Positions 51,988 through 64,000 of a stretch of 64,000 bases of DNA are shown piece by piece. The notes under the pieces were generated by a model that worked only from the letters and a program-made list of their open reading frames with translations, did not search any database and was not told the DNA's origin. The translations under genes were made by a program, and so were the position numbers. The DNA is from Azolla caroliniana (lineage: Eukaryota; Plantae; Polypodiophyta): positions 16,120,001 through 16,184,000 of the forward strand of contig JBHGNT010000009.1 in assembly GCA_043228905.1 (NCBI GenBank), given 5' to 3'. Within the stretch, counting starts at the first letter, position 1. Each line of letters starts with the position of its first letter.

Positions 51988-53511
51988 TCAATGGTTCTTT
52001 GTATAATGACTCTTATCCCCTTCATGAATTGCAATATTATTTATCTTCTTAACACTTGCAACATTGATGGTGTCACGATCTAGATCTTGGAGTGTTGTTG
52101 AACACACTCTCGTAACTTCTGCCGTGATGTATTTTAAATCTGTCACGTCTTCTGTGTCCAAAGCAAGCTGGAAAGTTGGGTTTGTCTTCCCTTTTACTTT
52201 ATCAGCTTCTTTTGACTCATGAGCATTCTTTTCCATCTCTCTTCTCTGAAGTTGTTCTTGTGTCTCGTGTTTCATTGCCGGATCAACCTCCTCAGCTCTC
52301 TTTCGCTTCTTTTCCACTAGTACATCTTGTGCATTCACTTGGGCGAATGTTGATAGTGCATCTACTGGATCATTCCATCCAGTGAAGTGTCGTGTTTCAT
52401 CTCCCGCTCTTTTTAATTCATCCACTCGAACCTTCCCTTTTCTTGCATACTCCATCACACCCTGCCAAAAGTCAGATCCACCATATGAGTCTTCTACACG
52501 CAATCCTAAGGTTGCCACGGATTGTATCGCTTGAGTCGTTTCTCTCTCGGCATCTTCCATTAGCTTTTTCATTCCTCCTCGCCCGAAGTTAACATGAAGT
52601 GGTTGTCGAGTCTCTGTCGAGTGAATCTTGCCATCTTGATAGTAGATTTTATTATAATTAAGAGAATCCCTATGTTCTTGACAGTCTTTCTTTTGGTGGT
52701 CGACACTATCACACCACATACACCTTCGGACCATTCCACCTCCCTGCCTTGATGAAGTTGAGCTTTGTCCCGATTCTAGCTTCGTCACTTTGATCGACAA
52801 GTCTTTCATGCCTTTCAACAATTCGTGTAAGAGTGATTCTTCTACTTTCTTTTCTCCCGACTCGTTCCCCGTTTCTTCATCATTTCTGTCGGGCAACTCT
52901 ATAAACCATAACTTTCTTTTGCAAAAATGGGCGCACGCCCTTTTCACCTCCTCCCAGTCTTCAGTAAGTCCACTTGGACTATTCTGATCTTCTAAAAGAA
53001 TTCCCAAGTCCTTCCTATCTTTAATATTAGTAGCTTGTAGAAACAATATTACTTTATCTGGCACTATTATATTTCTATCTCTAACATTTAGTTGCTCAAA
53101 TCTTTCAGAAAACTCTTTTAATACTTCCAAAACACTTAAATGTTTATTAGAATCTACCCAATCCATGAAAGCTCGCCTTGTCATCCTTGACATATCATTG
53201 AGGTTGTATTCATTGAGTAATGCTCTTTCGAACGTTGTCCATGTCTGATTCTCCCTTTGGAGCTCTTGGATCCTCTCTTGTAGCCCAATCGCAGCGACTT
53301 GACTAAAGCTATTAATTTTTGTAGCTTCGTCGACACCGCATTTAAGCATTTCTTCATTATAAATCTTTAGAAATCTTGTTAAATTGTTACCTTCGAAGAT
53401 TCCTACTCGTGCGAGAATATTGACGACAGCTTTGTCGATGCTTGCCATCATCCCTTGTTCCCGCATCATTAGTTCCACCATCGTACACATAAGCCTCATT
53501 TGCTCCTCCAT
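51988..53511 (-). CDS. Gag-like protein, 507 aa
   Basis: ATG shortly after the PBS, FEGNNLTRFL, CMWCDSVDHQKKDC (CX2CX4HX4C). Confidence 0.8.
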   Translation of the reverse strand: MEEQMRLMCTMVELMMREQGMMASIDKAVVNILARVGIFEGNNLTRFLKIYNEEMLKCGVDEATKINSFSQVAAIGLQERIQELQRENQTWTTFERALLNEYNLNDMSRMTRRAFMDWVDSNKHLSVLEVLKEFSERFEQLNVRDRNIIVPDKVILFLQATNIKDRKDLGILLEDQNSPSGLTEDWEEVKRACAHFCKRKLWFIELPDRNDEETGNESGEKKVEESLLHELLKGMKDLSIKVTKLESGQSSTSSRQGGGMVRRCMWCDSVDHQKKDCQEHRDSLNYNKIYYQDGKIHSTETRQPLHVNFGRGGMKKLMEDAERETTQAIQSVATLGLRVEDSYGGSDFWQGVMEYARKGKVRVDELKRAGDETRHFTGWNDPVDALSTFAQVNAQDVLVEKKRKRAEEVDPAMKHETQEQLQRREMEKNAHESKEADKVKGKTNPTFQLALDTEDVTDLKYITAEVTRVCSTTLQDLDRDTINVASVKKINNIAIHEGDKSHYTKNH

Positions 53512-56459
53512 TTCTCCTTGTCGCCACCTTCACGTCGGGTTCACCAAATGTGTCAAGGTAGTTGTGGTTCGTGCAGCGAAGTCGCGGGGACTAAGGTTAA
53601 GGGGAGTTGAAGAAACTTAACTTTTAATAAGGCTTGTATGGTGATGTTAGTTCTAAAGGTTAAGAGTAGCAAGAAGAAGAGTTACAAGTAATGTGAGAGA
53701 GAGAGAGACGAGAATAGATAGAAGATAGAGACAAAATATGATTTAAGAAGGAAGATTGAGACCAAGTATGAATCAAGAAGCAAGAGTATTTGATATACAC
53801 ATGATGTATATTAAAAAGACAATATTTTACCAACTTTACAATCCTTGATCACAAACTGAACACATTCTCTACCGACCCTTGATTTGAACCCACGACCTCA
53901 ACTTCGAAACGAGAGGTTCTCCACCCAATGAGGTAGTCTTCTTTAGTTGATTGTATTATTTTCTCACTCTCTCTTGATTGATTACCCTATTTTCCCCTTG
54001 ATCCATCCCTTAACTCCTTGCCTCTCTTTATAGGTTCTCTCATGCATATGATGATATGGGGGTGCATGGCATGCATGTGATGCATGATCGCCATTTGGCG
54101 CACATGCTTTACATGTGATGCATGATAGCCATCATGCTCATCTAAGCTCTAATGTATGAAGATAAACATGTCATAAGTATGGTGATAAAAACATAACTAT
54201 AGAAAATAGCTTATCCTAATGGTATGTGCTTCGTCCTTGGTGTGTGAGGTTACGGGTTCAAGTCTCTCAAATGTTACTTAATAATATTTAATACAATATT
54301 CAAATTTATTTTTATATCGTGAAGCAAATCCTTCACGACAGCAGGTGATAACACTTATACCCCTTCTGCTTGTCTAGATAGCCGACCAAGATACATTTCT
54401 CGGCTTTGGCATCCAACTTCCTCCTTTTCTCCTTTGGCACGTGCACATACACGATGCTGCCGAAAATCCTCAAGTGTGCCAAGTTCGGCTTCTTTCCGAA
54501 ATATAGCTCATGTGGCGACACTCCTCCATTAGCAGAAGTCCAATTTTGCAGGTAGACAGCCGTCCTCACGGCTTCGGCCCAATAGAATTTTGGCATATGC
54601 TTCCCTTCAAGCATAGCCCTGGCTGCCTCTTCAATCATCTGATTCTTCAGCTTGGCCACGTCGTTCTGCTACGGCGTGTGTCTACAAGATAATTCGTGTC
54701 GAATTCCCTCCTTCTGTAGATAACTTGTGAACTAGTCGGAGAAGTACTCCTTCTTGCCATCGTACCGTAGGCATTTGATCTTACGCCCTATTTCCCTTTC
54801 TGTAAGGCTCTTCGCCTTCAGGAAACATGCGAAGACTTCGCTCTTCTTCACGATCGTGAATACCCATGTGTGCTAAGTGAAGTCATCGATGAAGGTTACA
54901 AAGTAACGGCTTCCACCAAGACTGATGTTCTGTGCCAGACCCCACACATCCGGATGGATCAAATCTAGCGGATTTCGACTACGATTACACTCGTTGGGGA
55001 ATGGAAGTCGGTGATGTTTTCCCATCTGGCCGGCTTCACAAACTTGGCCATTCTAGCCTCGAAATTTCGGCAAGCCGAACACAATGTTCTTCATCTGCAT
55101 TTCATGAAGCCATGGGAAATTTACGTGGCCGAACCGCTTATGCCACAGGTCGATGTCCGACTCGACCTTCTGCCCTTTCGCAAACATAATGGTGCCCACA
55201 TTGTTGGTTTCGAGGATAAACATCCTCCCTTCACGGCGCCCTTGTGCGATTACTTTGCCCTCCTCTTCTATGAAGCACCCTAGATGCGTGAATCGAACCT
55301 GCATCCCTTGGTCGACGATCTGTCCAACCGACACCAGGTTCTTCGTTATTGTCGGGACGTGTAGCACGTCCAAGAGTTTCCCTCTCTGCCCGACATGGCT
55401 AAGGGGAACTTCACCGACATGTTCGATGGTATGCGGAGTGTCGTCTCCGGTTTCGACCACTCCTTGCTTTTCCGACTTCACCAAGTACGAGAACCATTCC
55501 TCATGACTCGTCATATGATTTGACCCTCCAGAATCAACATACCACACTCGCTCGATTTCGAGGTGTTCACAGCCATCTAATTGGCCTTGTGCTTCATTAC
55601 GAAGGCAAGGCCCTATCCATTTCCGGCTCATTCGAATCCCTCAGCGTAGTGCGACTTTTGATGCCTTCTTGCGTCTCTCCCGCTCGGTCCAGCTTTGTCC
55701 GAATCGGCTTGTTTCTTCCAGCAGTCGCTCTCCCTGTGGCCTTTCTTTCCATAGTACCAGCATTCTGTTGCGGCCTTATCTTGCCGACTTCCAGCGCCAT
55801 TATGACTCCCCCTGCTTGTGGAGGGTCCGGAATTGCTGTCGACATTTCGATTATGCCGCCTGTTCTGCTCTTGTCGGCCGCCTCCATTGTGCGCCGATCC
55901 ACCATGACCACAGGGCCTATCTTCCTCCGCGTACAGCATCTTGCCGTCAGCGTGTGTACTCATCGATGTACCCGCGTGGTTTTCCTCTACGAGCAACATC
56001 GATTGAAGCTCGAAAAACGAAGGCATATTCTCCCTCGTACAGACCGCCGCTTAGAAAGCTCCAAACCTGGACGCTAGCCCACCAAGGCACACTTGCACCA
56101 TCTCTTCCTCCTCGACATTCAAGTTGATGGAGGTGAGTGAGTCACAGATTTCCTTGATTCGGGCCGTGTAATCGGCCACAGACAGATCTTTCTACCGGAC
56201 ATTGCTAAGCTCCTGCCTGAGCTGCAGCTTCCTAGCCGTTGTGCTTGTGGCGAATTTTTTTTTGAGATTCGCCCACGCGTCCTTTGGCATCTTAGCATCC
56301 CGAATACAGCTCAATAGCTGGTCGCTCACACAAGATGCAAAGTAGTAGAGAACTCTACTTGCTGCTTGTTCCCAAGCTGAAAAATCTCTATGTGTTGAAT
56401 CGGGTGCTACATCATTAGCTCCTTCAACATAACTCCAATAGTCGTGACTGAGCAAGTAT

Positions 56460-57132
56460 TGTTACCGGCCGGCAAAGGAGTCCAGAGTGCGAAACGAGGA
56501 GTTATTTAAGTAGTAGGAATGTGGTTGTAATTAAGCTATGAGTGTGGACTGACGGACCGGAATCGGTATGCCGTTCCGGATCCGAACCGATCCCGAACGG
56601 GTGCGGATGGCACCGTTTTGTAATACAGACCGGAAACCTATTTAAAGGCCCGGATACAATGTAATGAGGAGCGGTTAATTAATAAAGCTTAGTGTTGTTA
56701 TTTCTTTGTGTTAATTGCCGTTCTGCCTTCATTGTTATATCTTACGCGTGTGATTGTTAAAGACGATCAGGCTAAGTAACCTAATTAAGTCGGATTAAGC
56801 GTTGAGTCTAATCCTGTTGCCGTAACACCCCTTTGGTGAAGTGTCTTCCGTAGACACCTTGTGTTAGACCATTGTCCGGCCCTAAGAGAAATAACAACAC
56901 TAAGCTTTATTAATTAACCGCTCCTCATTACATTATATCCGGGCCTTTAAATAGGTTTCCGGTCTGTATTACAAAACGGTGCCATCCGCACCTGTTCGGG
57001 ATCGGTCCGGATCCGGAACGGCATACCGATTCCGGTCCGTCCGTCCACACTCATAGCTTAATTACAACCACATTCCTACTACTTAAATAACTCCCCGTTT
57101 CACACTCTGGACTCCTTTGCCGGCCGGTAACA
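56460..57132. repeat. Fold-back LTR: complete LTR 56460-56896 (+) joined to an inverted 5' LTR portion
   Basis: 56460-56705 is the reverse complement of 56887-57132 (246 bp, about 6 mismatches by eye). Confidence 0.9.
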
Positions 57133-57186
57133 CATGGCACGCCCGTGGGACAGTACCTTGTACGTCGAATCCACAACCGACCCTTG

Positions 57187-60130
57187 CTATTCTTCGTCCA
57201 AAATATCCAGAATGCTTTGTTCGAGAGTCTCCAATGGTTCATCTGGAATTGGTTGTTGTTGTTGCTGCTACTGTTGCTGCTCTGTTGATGTCTGCTGCGA
57301 CGGGTCCGTTGGTGGCTGTTGCGGCTGCTCCTCTGTTTGTTGCTCTAACATTGGCGTCTCCGTCGCTGCTCCCTCCGACGTAGTGGTCTCTGGTTGACTG
57401 GTTCCGGGCTGGCCCTCGACCGGCGACGGTTCCTCATCACTAAGGTTAACCATTGCCGCTGCCCGTGCTTTTTCTTCCCAAACCCGGGACCGCTCGTAGC
57501 TTTCAAACTGGATTTGAGCGTCCAGCCTATCATCGTCTAGATGAGCTACGAGTCGCCGGACCTGCGCCAGCTATTCATCCGCCAGGACTTGGAAGTCGTC
57601 GGCCAGCTCATCCCGTATGGCGGTGAAGTCCTCGGAAGTCAACGTATAACAATCATCTCCTTCCTTCCGCCGGTTTGCCACGTCTGCCCGTAGCAATTGG
57701 AGTTCCGCCGCGTTTTGTGCCCACTTTGTCCACCATCTTACAGAGCTTTCATCAATCAAGTGTTTTCTCTGATTCAACCATGCCCGGAGGATGGACTGAA
57801 TCTGGCCCGTTCCCAATTGCGATTTGCTTTCCGCCGCTTGCCGTTCCTCTTTCAGTTGCTTGATGATTTTGACGTTGTCCTCCGCCTGCTCCTTGTAATG
57901 CGTCAATTGCCTTTGATATGTGCTTTGTAATTTCTGCAATACCGTTGACGCTCTCTCCTTTTCTTCCTGCTGCTGCCTCTGGAGCTCCATCCGGACCTTC
58001 TCCGCCTCGTCCAAGCGTCTTGTATTTTCCGCACGTTTGTCGGCGATCGTCGTCGCGGCCCGATCAACTTCCTGTTGGAGCTCGGCCATCCGTTCTTTAT
58101 GCTCCATTTCCAGCCGTTTGTAGTCCCGGTGCAAGTGCTCAAAATCATTTGTCTTTTTCTTGAGCCGTGCGTTGATCTGTCGACGGGCCCGGTCCTCACG
58201 GTCCTTCTGCTGGCGGAGCTCTTCCTTTAGCCGTTCAATTTCCGTTTCCGCCGTCTTCCGCAGCTTGTCCTTTTCCTGCAGCACTTTGTCTTTTTTCTCC
58301 CTTAGCCGGTCGTACGCTTGATGGCCTTTCCGGAGGCTCTCCTCTGCCCGGCGGAGGTTCTCAGCAGTCTTCTTTAATTCGGCTTCGGCCGCTGTCTTCA
58401 ATACCCGTTCACGGCTCCTTAGCGCTTCTTGTGTGGTAAGTTCATCTCTCAATTCCGCAAGCTCCTGGTCTTGCGCCGCATCTCTCGCCGGAACGATTTC
58501 CGTTGCCGGGGTCTTATTGGTATGTACAGGTCGATCCATTTCTTTATTTTGTACACTTACCGGAGTCACTGGTGATTGGATCTGTGTTGCCGTTAAGGCC
58601 ATTTTGGCCATCTCTGTCGTGACCTGATCCAAGTCTTTTTCCAAGCACCGGATTCTGGACCGGGCCGTCTCTAGTTGTTCGGTTGTGATGAGCAACCGTT
58701 CGCTTTGCGCTCTTTCTTTCGCCTCAATATATCCCACTGCTCCGGCAATCTGTTCGCCTACCCACCGGAGCCACATGCTACCGGTGCCTTGTTGTTGCGT
58801 TTGCCCGGAGGTTTGACGGATGGGCTCACTTGTAGATGGGTGGTCCCGCCTGATTGCGCCGAGTTGCAATTCCGTTTCTGCCTGTGGACCACCCTGCTGT
58901 CCTGGTTCCCCTTGCGCTTCTTCTTGGCTGGCCGAGGGAGGTTGCATTGACCTTTCCAGCTCTGGCGGGATGGGACTTGCCGATGTTGCCGGTGGTACCG
59001 GGGCTTCTGATTCCGGTGCCATGCGCACCGGTTCCGGTTCCTCCCTTGGCGTGGGAGTCTCAGTATGGGGAGCCGGTGTTCCCTCCGTCTGAGGGTCCGA
59101 ACGTTTCCCGGCTGCCTCAACGGTCCTTGCCGATGACCGTCGCCGGAGGTGCTCCGTAGGCTCCTCCTCTATTTCCTCTTCCTGAGTTCAGGCATTGAGT
59201 TTTGCCGCCAAGGGGTCCGCTTCTCTATTCACCGGTCGGCGGAGTGTAACCTTTACGGGCCGTGCCGGTGGTTCCTCCTACGCCTCCGTTGGCCGCTTTC
59301 CTTTCCCGCCTGTTCTGCGTCCGCCGCCTTCCCCTTAGTAGCCTTAGAGGCCAACAGCTGTTGTCGTTTGGAAGTCGTCTTTGGGGTGCCGTCCGCCACT
59401 CTTCCTCGCTTCTTGGGCTGGACGGGCTGGACGGGTGGCACAAGCAAGGTGAGCCACTGCGTTACGGCATGCCATATCCTCCGTCCGTCTCTGCCTTCTT
59501 TGCCATCTTTAACTCTGACGATCTCGATCGCCGCACACAACCCGTCTGCGATCAATACCGGCCAATCCACATTGATCCCTTCATAGGTGGCGATGATCAT
59601 CCTTGCCCGGTTCTGCGGCATGACAGGGGGTCTAGGGTACACATGGCCGTATTCGTGGAGCACACGAGCAATCTCGCGGAATAGCATATCTCCGCCGCCC
59701 TGTGTCCGATAGCCCTTGCTGGCTAGAGAGTACTCACCAAAAATACCTTATGAGTTGCTCCGGGGTCGGATTGTCAATCGTGAGTATCCCTCCCTCCGGC
59801 AGGCCTGTTAACGCTCGAATAGCCTCCGCCGTTATGACCTCTATGTCGATTTCTTTGATCACCTTGTTGGCTTCTTTGTGTGGCGGTACTTCCATCATCA
59901 TCAAGAAGCCCTCGAGCCCGTGTTGCTTTAGCCATGTCTTGGCGGCCTCCGACAGCGTTTGTGGGTCCATGTCTGTGTCGAGGTCGGATTGCGGTGGCAA
60001 GGTTGGATGGTGATGAGAGTGAGATTGAGAGAGAGAGAGAGTTCAGATAGCGGGGGTTCTCTGTGCGTAGGTTCTCGTCTGATGATCTTGCAGCGCCTTG
60101 GTGCTTCTGGGTTCTCGAAAGTAGAGGGTT
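57187..60130 (-). pseudogene. Extra post-pol ORF, ~980 codons, long coiled coil
   Basis: Fragments 59734-60000, 59253-59687, 57571-59028 (E/K/R/Q-rich heptads), ending SILDILDEE*. Start approximate. Confidence 0.8.
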
Positions 60131-60334
60131 TCCACGTGTAGTGGTTTTTCTCTGTGCAATCTGGCGCCTTTTTCGAGTGTGTGCACGTCGTGTACTAAAA
60201 TAGCATTATGTCCTGTGGTGGCGCTTTAAATGCCCACTACGTACCTTTTCGCTCCTCGCTCTTTCGTCCATTCATTCCTCGCTTTTGCATGATTACTTCA
60301 TTTTTTTTAATTTTTTTTTTCTGTTAGTGTGGCG

Positions 60335-63300
60335 TTACTTGTCCGTTGGTCCGGTCGGACCCTTACCGGCCTCTTTCTCCCCAGTTACCGACTCGTCGTC
60401 TCTGTTGTCTTGGTGGTTGCCGTTTCCCTCAACGGCGTCGGTCCTTTGCTCAAATGGGTTCTTGGGCATCGGTCCTCTATATGGCTTCAATCGGAATCCG
60501 TTGACCCATTTGCCTAGCACTTCGCCGGCAAGTGTCCCTAATTGGTAGGACCCATTATACTCACGTGTTAGCCAGTAAGGTCCGGTCCATCTAAACCGTA
60601 GTTTACCCGGCATCTTGCCCATCCGGGTCTGAAATACTAACACCGGTTTGCCGATTGCGAACATTTTTTCGTTTCCTTTCTTGTGCCGGTCGACAAATGC
60701 TTTCCGTCGTCGTTGCTCCAATTCTAAGTGCAGGATGCTTGCCAGTTGTTGTTCCTCGAGTTCACACAGCGCTGTTAACCGTATTGCCTCCGACTCCTTC
60801 TCGTTCAGCCGTTCCCGTAGCTGGATCCGTAAGCTGGGTACTTGGAATTCCACCGGCATTACCGCCTCTAGTCCGAACGCTAACCGGAACGGTGTTGTTC
60901 GGATGCTCGTTTTGTATGACGTCCGGTATGCCCAAAGCGCGCTATGTAGCTTGGTATCCCAATCCGTTCGGTTTTCGTTGACGATCTTCCGGAGGATATT
61001 CTGGAGCGTTTTGTTCGTCGATTCCGCTAAACCGTTCGCTTGCGGATAGTAAGGTGTGCTCCGTTTATGGACAACGGCATAGAATGTCGTCAGGCTTTCA
61101 ACTACTTGGCCTAGGAAGTGCCCCCCTTGGTCGCTTATTAATTCGATTGGGCATCCGTAACGGCACCAGATGTACTCGTATAGAAATTTCGTTGTTGACG
61201 CAGCGGTGTTGTCTCTTAAAGTTTTGGCCTCCACCCATTTCGTGCAGTAATCCATCGCGACGATGACGTACCGATTACCCGTTCTCATTGCCGGTGGTTT
61301 GAACGGTTCAACAAAGTCAAGCCCCCACTTCTGGAATGGCTCGAGTGGTAGTACCAGCTGGTGTGGCATACGAGCCTGCTCCGTTGGCTGGCCCATTCTC
61401 TGGCATAGGTCACATTCTTTTGCGTACCGTACCGCATCTCTTAATGTCGTTGGCCACCATAGGCCACTTTGCCATATTTTCTTGGCCGTCGCATCTCCGG
61501 CATAGTGACCTCCGGCAACTCCGCAGTGGGCTTCCCTCAGTATCAGGTCCTTTTCATCGTTGCGCACAGCCCGTCTCCATATGCCGTCCACGCCCTTGTG
61601 GTAAAGTGTGTCTTGTAGTAAGCAGAAATGTCGGCTTTGCACCGCCAGGCGTTTCCATTCGTCCCAGTTCATCTCTTCCAGAGGCAGTCCTGTGCTCAGA
61701 AACTGGTGCATGTTTGTGAGCCACTTGTCTTCCTGTGCCACCGTCTCATCTGCTGTCATTTCCGTAGTGACTCGAAACAGCTCCGCATCCGGAAACTCAT
61801 CGGCTACTCCGTCACCCGTCTCTCTGGACTCTAATCGGCTTAAGTAATCCGCCGCGGCATGCTGTATACCGGGTCGGTGGAATATTTCAAACTCAAATTC
61901 TTGTAACAGTAAGTTCCACCGGGCCAATTTTCCGGTGAGTGACGCTTTGGACACCAGGTAAAGGAGTGCCGAATGATCTACATGGAAGGAAAACTTCCTT
62001 CCCAATAAATAATGCCGAAACTTTGTCACACTGTAGATCATCCCTAGAGCTTCCCGTTCTGTGGTAGAGTAGTTCCGTTCTGCTTGGGATAGCTTCCGGC
62101 TGGCATAGTACATTGGCCGGTACCACTTTGGCGCCGTAAGCTGCATAAGTACGCTTCCGATTGCGATGTCGGAGGTGTCCACGAACACATGAAATTCTTT
62201 ACTCCAATCCAGAGGCTGTACCACCGGTGCTTGTGACAATAGTACCTTGAGGGCCCTATACACCCTATCCTCGGTGTCGGTCCACTGGAATGGTGTCCGA
62301 TGTACGGAGGCATGCAACGGTGTAGCCAGGTCGGCCAAGTATCGGAGCATCCGGCTGTGCCACTGGATCTGGCCTAAGAACCGGCTTAATGCCTTTGCCG
62401 TTGCCGGTGCCGATGCTTCTAATATGGCTTTTACTTTGTCTGGGTCGACTGCAATACCTTCTTGGCTCACAATATGTCCTAATAGAGTTCCACCGGACAC
62501 GCCAAATACACACTTTGCCGGATTCAAGCTTAGCCGGTACGCTCTACACTTTTCTAGACAAAGACGGAGGTGCTAAAAATGGTCCTCCTCCCAGCTATAG
62601 ACGGCAAAATCGTCAAGGAAAACCTGCATAAAAGTCGGGATATATTCACCAAAGATTTCCATGATGATTCGTTGAAATGTTTCCGGTGCCGTTTTGAGTC
62701 CGAACATCGTCACCACGGCCACAAACACCCCCCATTCGGTGACGAAAGCCGTTTTCTCTTGGTTGTCGGGGTGCATCCGGATCTGATTATACCCGCTGAA
62801 TCCTTCTAGAAATCTATAGACCTCATGGCCGGCGACGGCATCCAACACTCCATCTGTGAACGGAAGTGGAAACGCATCCGTTACCGTAGCTGCATTGAGT
62901 TTCCGGTAATCCACACAAACTCGAATTTTTCCGTTCTTCTTCGGTACAACTACGATCGGGCTCAGCCATGTCGCTTTCTTTACCGAACAGATAAAGCCAA
63001 CTCTTAGCAGTTTGTTGATTTCCTCCTTGACTTTGGCGGCATAATTGGGGTTCATCTGGTACCATCTTTGTGCCACTGGTTTTGCGTCCTTGCTCAAGTG
63101 AACTTGATGTTGGTATAACTGAGGGTCGAGTCCTCGCATGTCTTCGTATGACCAGGCGAACACATCACGAAATTCCATGAGAAGTGTGATCATCGCCGTT
63201 TTGTCTTCGGACTTCATCTCCTTGGCGATGTGCACTGGTTTTGCTTCGTCCGTGGTCCCTAGGTTCACTTCTTCCAGTTGCGACGCTTTTACGTGCTGTG

Positions 63301-63946
63301 AAACGGCCATTTCCCGTTCCAACGCTTCCTGCGCTTGCCGTAACTCCCGGATTGCGTCTTTATCCGGTTCTGCTTCAGCCTCTTCCGGTTGCGGTAAGTA
63401 TGGTGCTACTGCTTCGGTAATGTCAATTTCGAAGAGGGGTATGATCTTCGGGTTTTCTTGCAAGTACTGAGCTTCTTCTTCGTCAGCTAACCCTTCTAGC
63501 ATGTTGACGCATTCCGCATACAACGGTGTACATTCCTTGCCAGTGCTCGTCCTTGGCTGTGTTGGTACCCGTACCTTGGCTTTTCCTCGCCAGAAGGTAA
63601 TTATATTTTTCCTCCAATTCTGTTTGATATGTGCCGGTTTCAACCAAGGCTGCCCCAGCAATAGCGGGTATGCGCCTTGTGCCTGTAATTGTAGCACTAC
63701 TACCGAGATGTGAAATGTATGACCGCCCACGGTGACTTCTAATTTCTGTATTAATCCTGTCAGCCGCACTGAGCTTGTATCGGCCATCCGAAACCAGAAT
63801 GGACACGGCTCCCACTCGTGGATTCCTAGGGCATCACACATCCGAAGGCTTATTACATTCACCCCAGAGCCTCCGTCTATAACTATGCCGGGGAGTTCTT
63901 TCCCTTTTACAATGGCTGTGATTACCGGACTGCTGGTGTCCACCAC
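60335..63946 (-). pseudogene. pol: Pol (PR-RT-RH-INT) with one in-frame TAG at 62573-62575
   Basis: IVIDGGSGVN, VDYRKLN, FLDD, VFVDTSD, HHCC, WGLDF..ISDQG..AES, WTGPY. Confidence 0.92.
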
Positions 63947-64000
63947 CGTTGGTCCCTCGTCCGGATTCGAGAAGAGTACTGGTGCCGGTGATGGTTCTCC

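Larger units (their letters stand above)
50652..54340 (-). mobile_element. Non-autonomous LTR element encoding only Gag + protease, tRNA-Trp primed
   Basis: LTRs 50652-51427 and 53551-54340, PBS TGGTGAACCCGACGTG (53531-53546), PPT AGAGGGGGTGGG (51428-51439), 4-bp TSD GCGG/GCAG, no RT/INT. Confidence 0.92.
47626..56459 (-). mobile_element. Degenerate copia family A element (3' LTR 47626-48043, gag-pol), interrupted at 50652-54340 and cut in gag at 56460
   Basis: PPT TTGAGGGGGAG next to 48043, YVDD RT, WYVDSGGSNHMT protease, CWYYGKKGHRESDC knuckle, KGYKCYH|PRTQEVCVSRDVVFDE across the insertion. Confidence 0.9.
56460..64000 (-). mobile_element. Athila/Tat-like gypsy (same lineage as 18006-30523), runs off the window end
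   Basis: Pol 60335-63946, extra ORF, tRNA-mimic motif 57135-57151, LTR similar to 18006-18474. Confidence 0.92.

Noticed and set aside
62573-62575. Stop at the same RT codon in two copies (TAG here, TAA at 22023-22025), possible programmed readthrough
   Set aside because: It falls mid-RT, has no CARYYA context, other copies have GAA, and recurrent CAR>TAR deamination is the simpler explanation.

Overview
The whole 64 kb is a nested cluster of plant LTR retrotransposons. I see no host gene. The Tcn1-like chromoviruses suggest a non-seed plant, but that is inference. The window holds: (i) a young intact Ty1/copia element (6718-12039, minus strand, 604-bp LTRs, TSD CTTGC); (ii) two Tcn1-like chromoviruses (1891-6285 truncated; 39321-45507 near-complete with a chromodomain); (iii) four copies of a non-chromovirus Athila/Tat-like Ty3/gypsy lineage, three with a long extra coiled-coil ORF after pol; (iv) a tRNA-Trp-primed Gag+protease-only element (50652-54340) and related solo LTRs with 4-bp TSDs; (v) several degraded copia pieces. 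The most unusual signals are these. The Athila/Tat-like lineage has no polypurine tract and instead carries a tRNA-Arg 3'-end mimic ending in CCA exactly 2 nt before the 3' LTR (3 copies), which suggests tRNA-type priming of both cDNA strands. Four different LTR sequences carry tRNA-like A-box/B-box cassettes. Two unrelated elements end in an inverted U3 terminus. The Tcn1-like elements show covarying Tf1-type self-priming and a conserved -1 frameshift signal. All four 4-bp TSDs have a central CG. Coordinates were read by eye and may be off by a few bases at degraded junctions.
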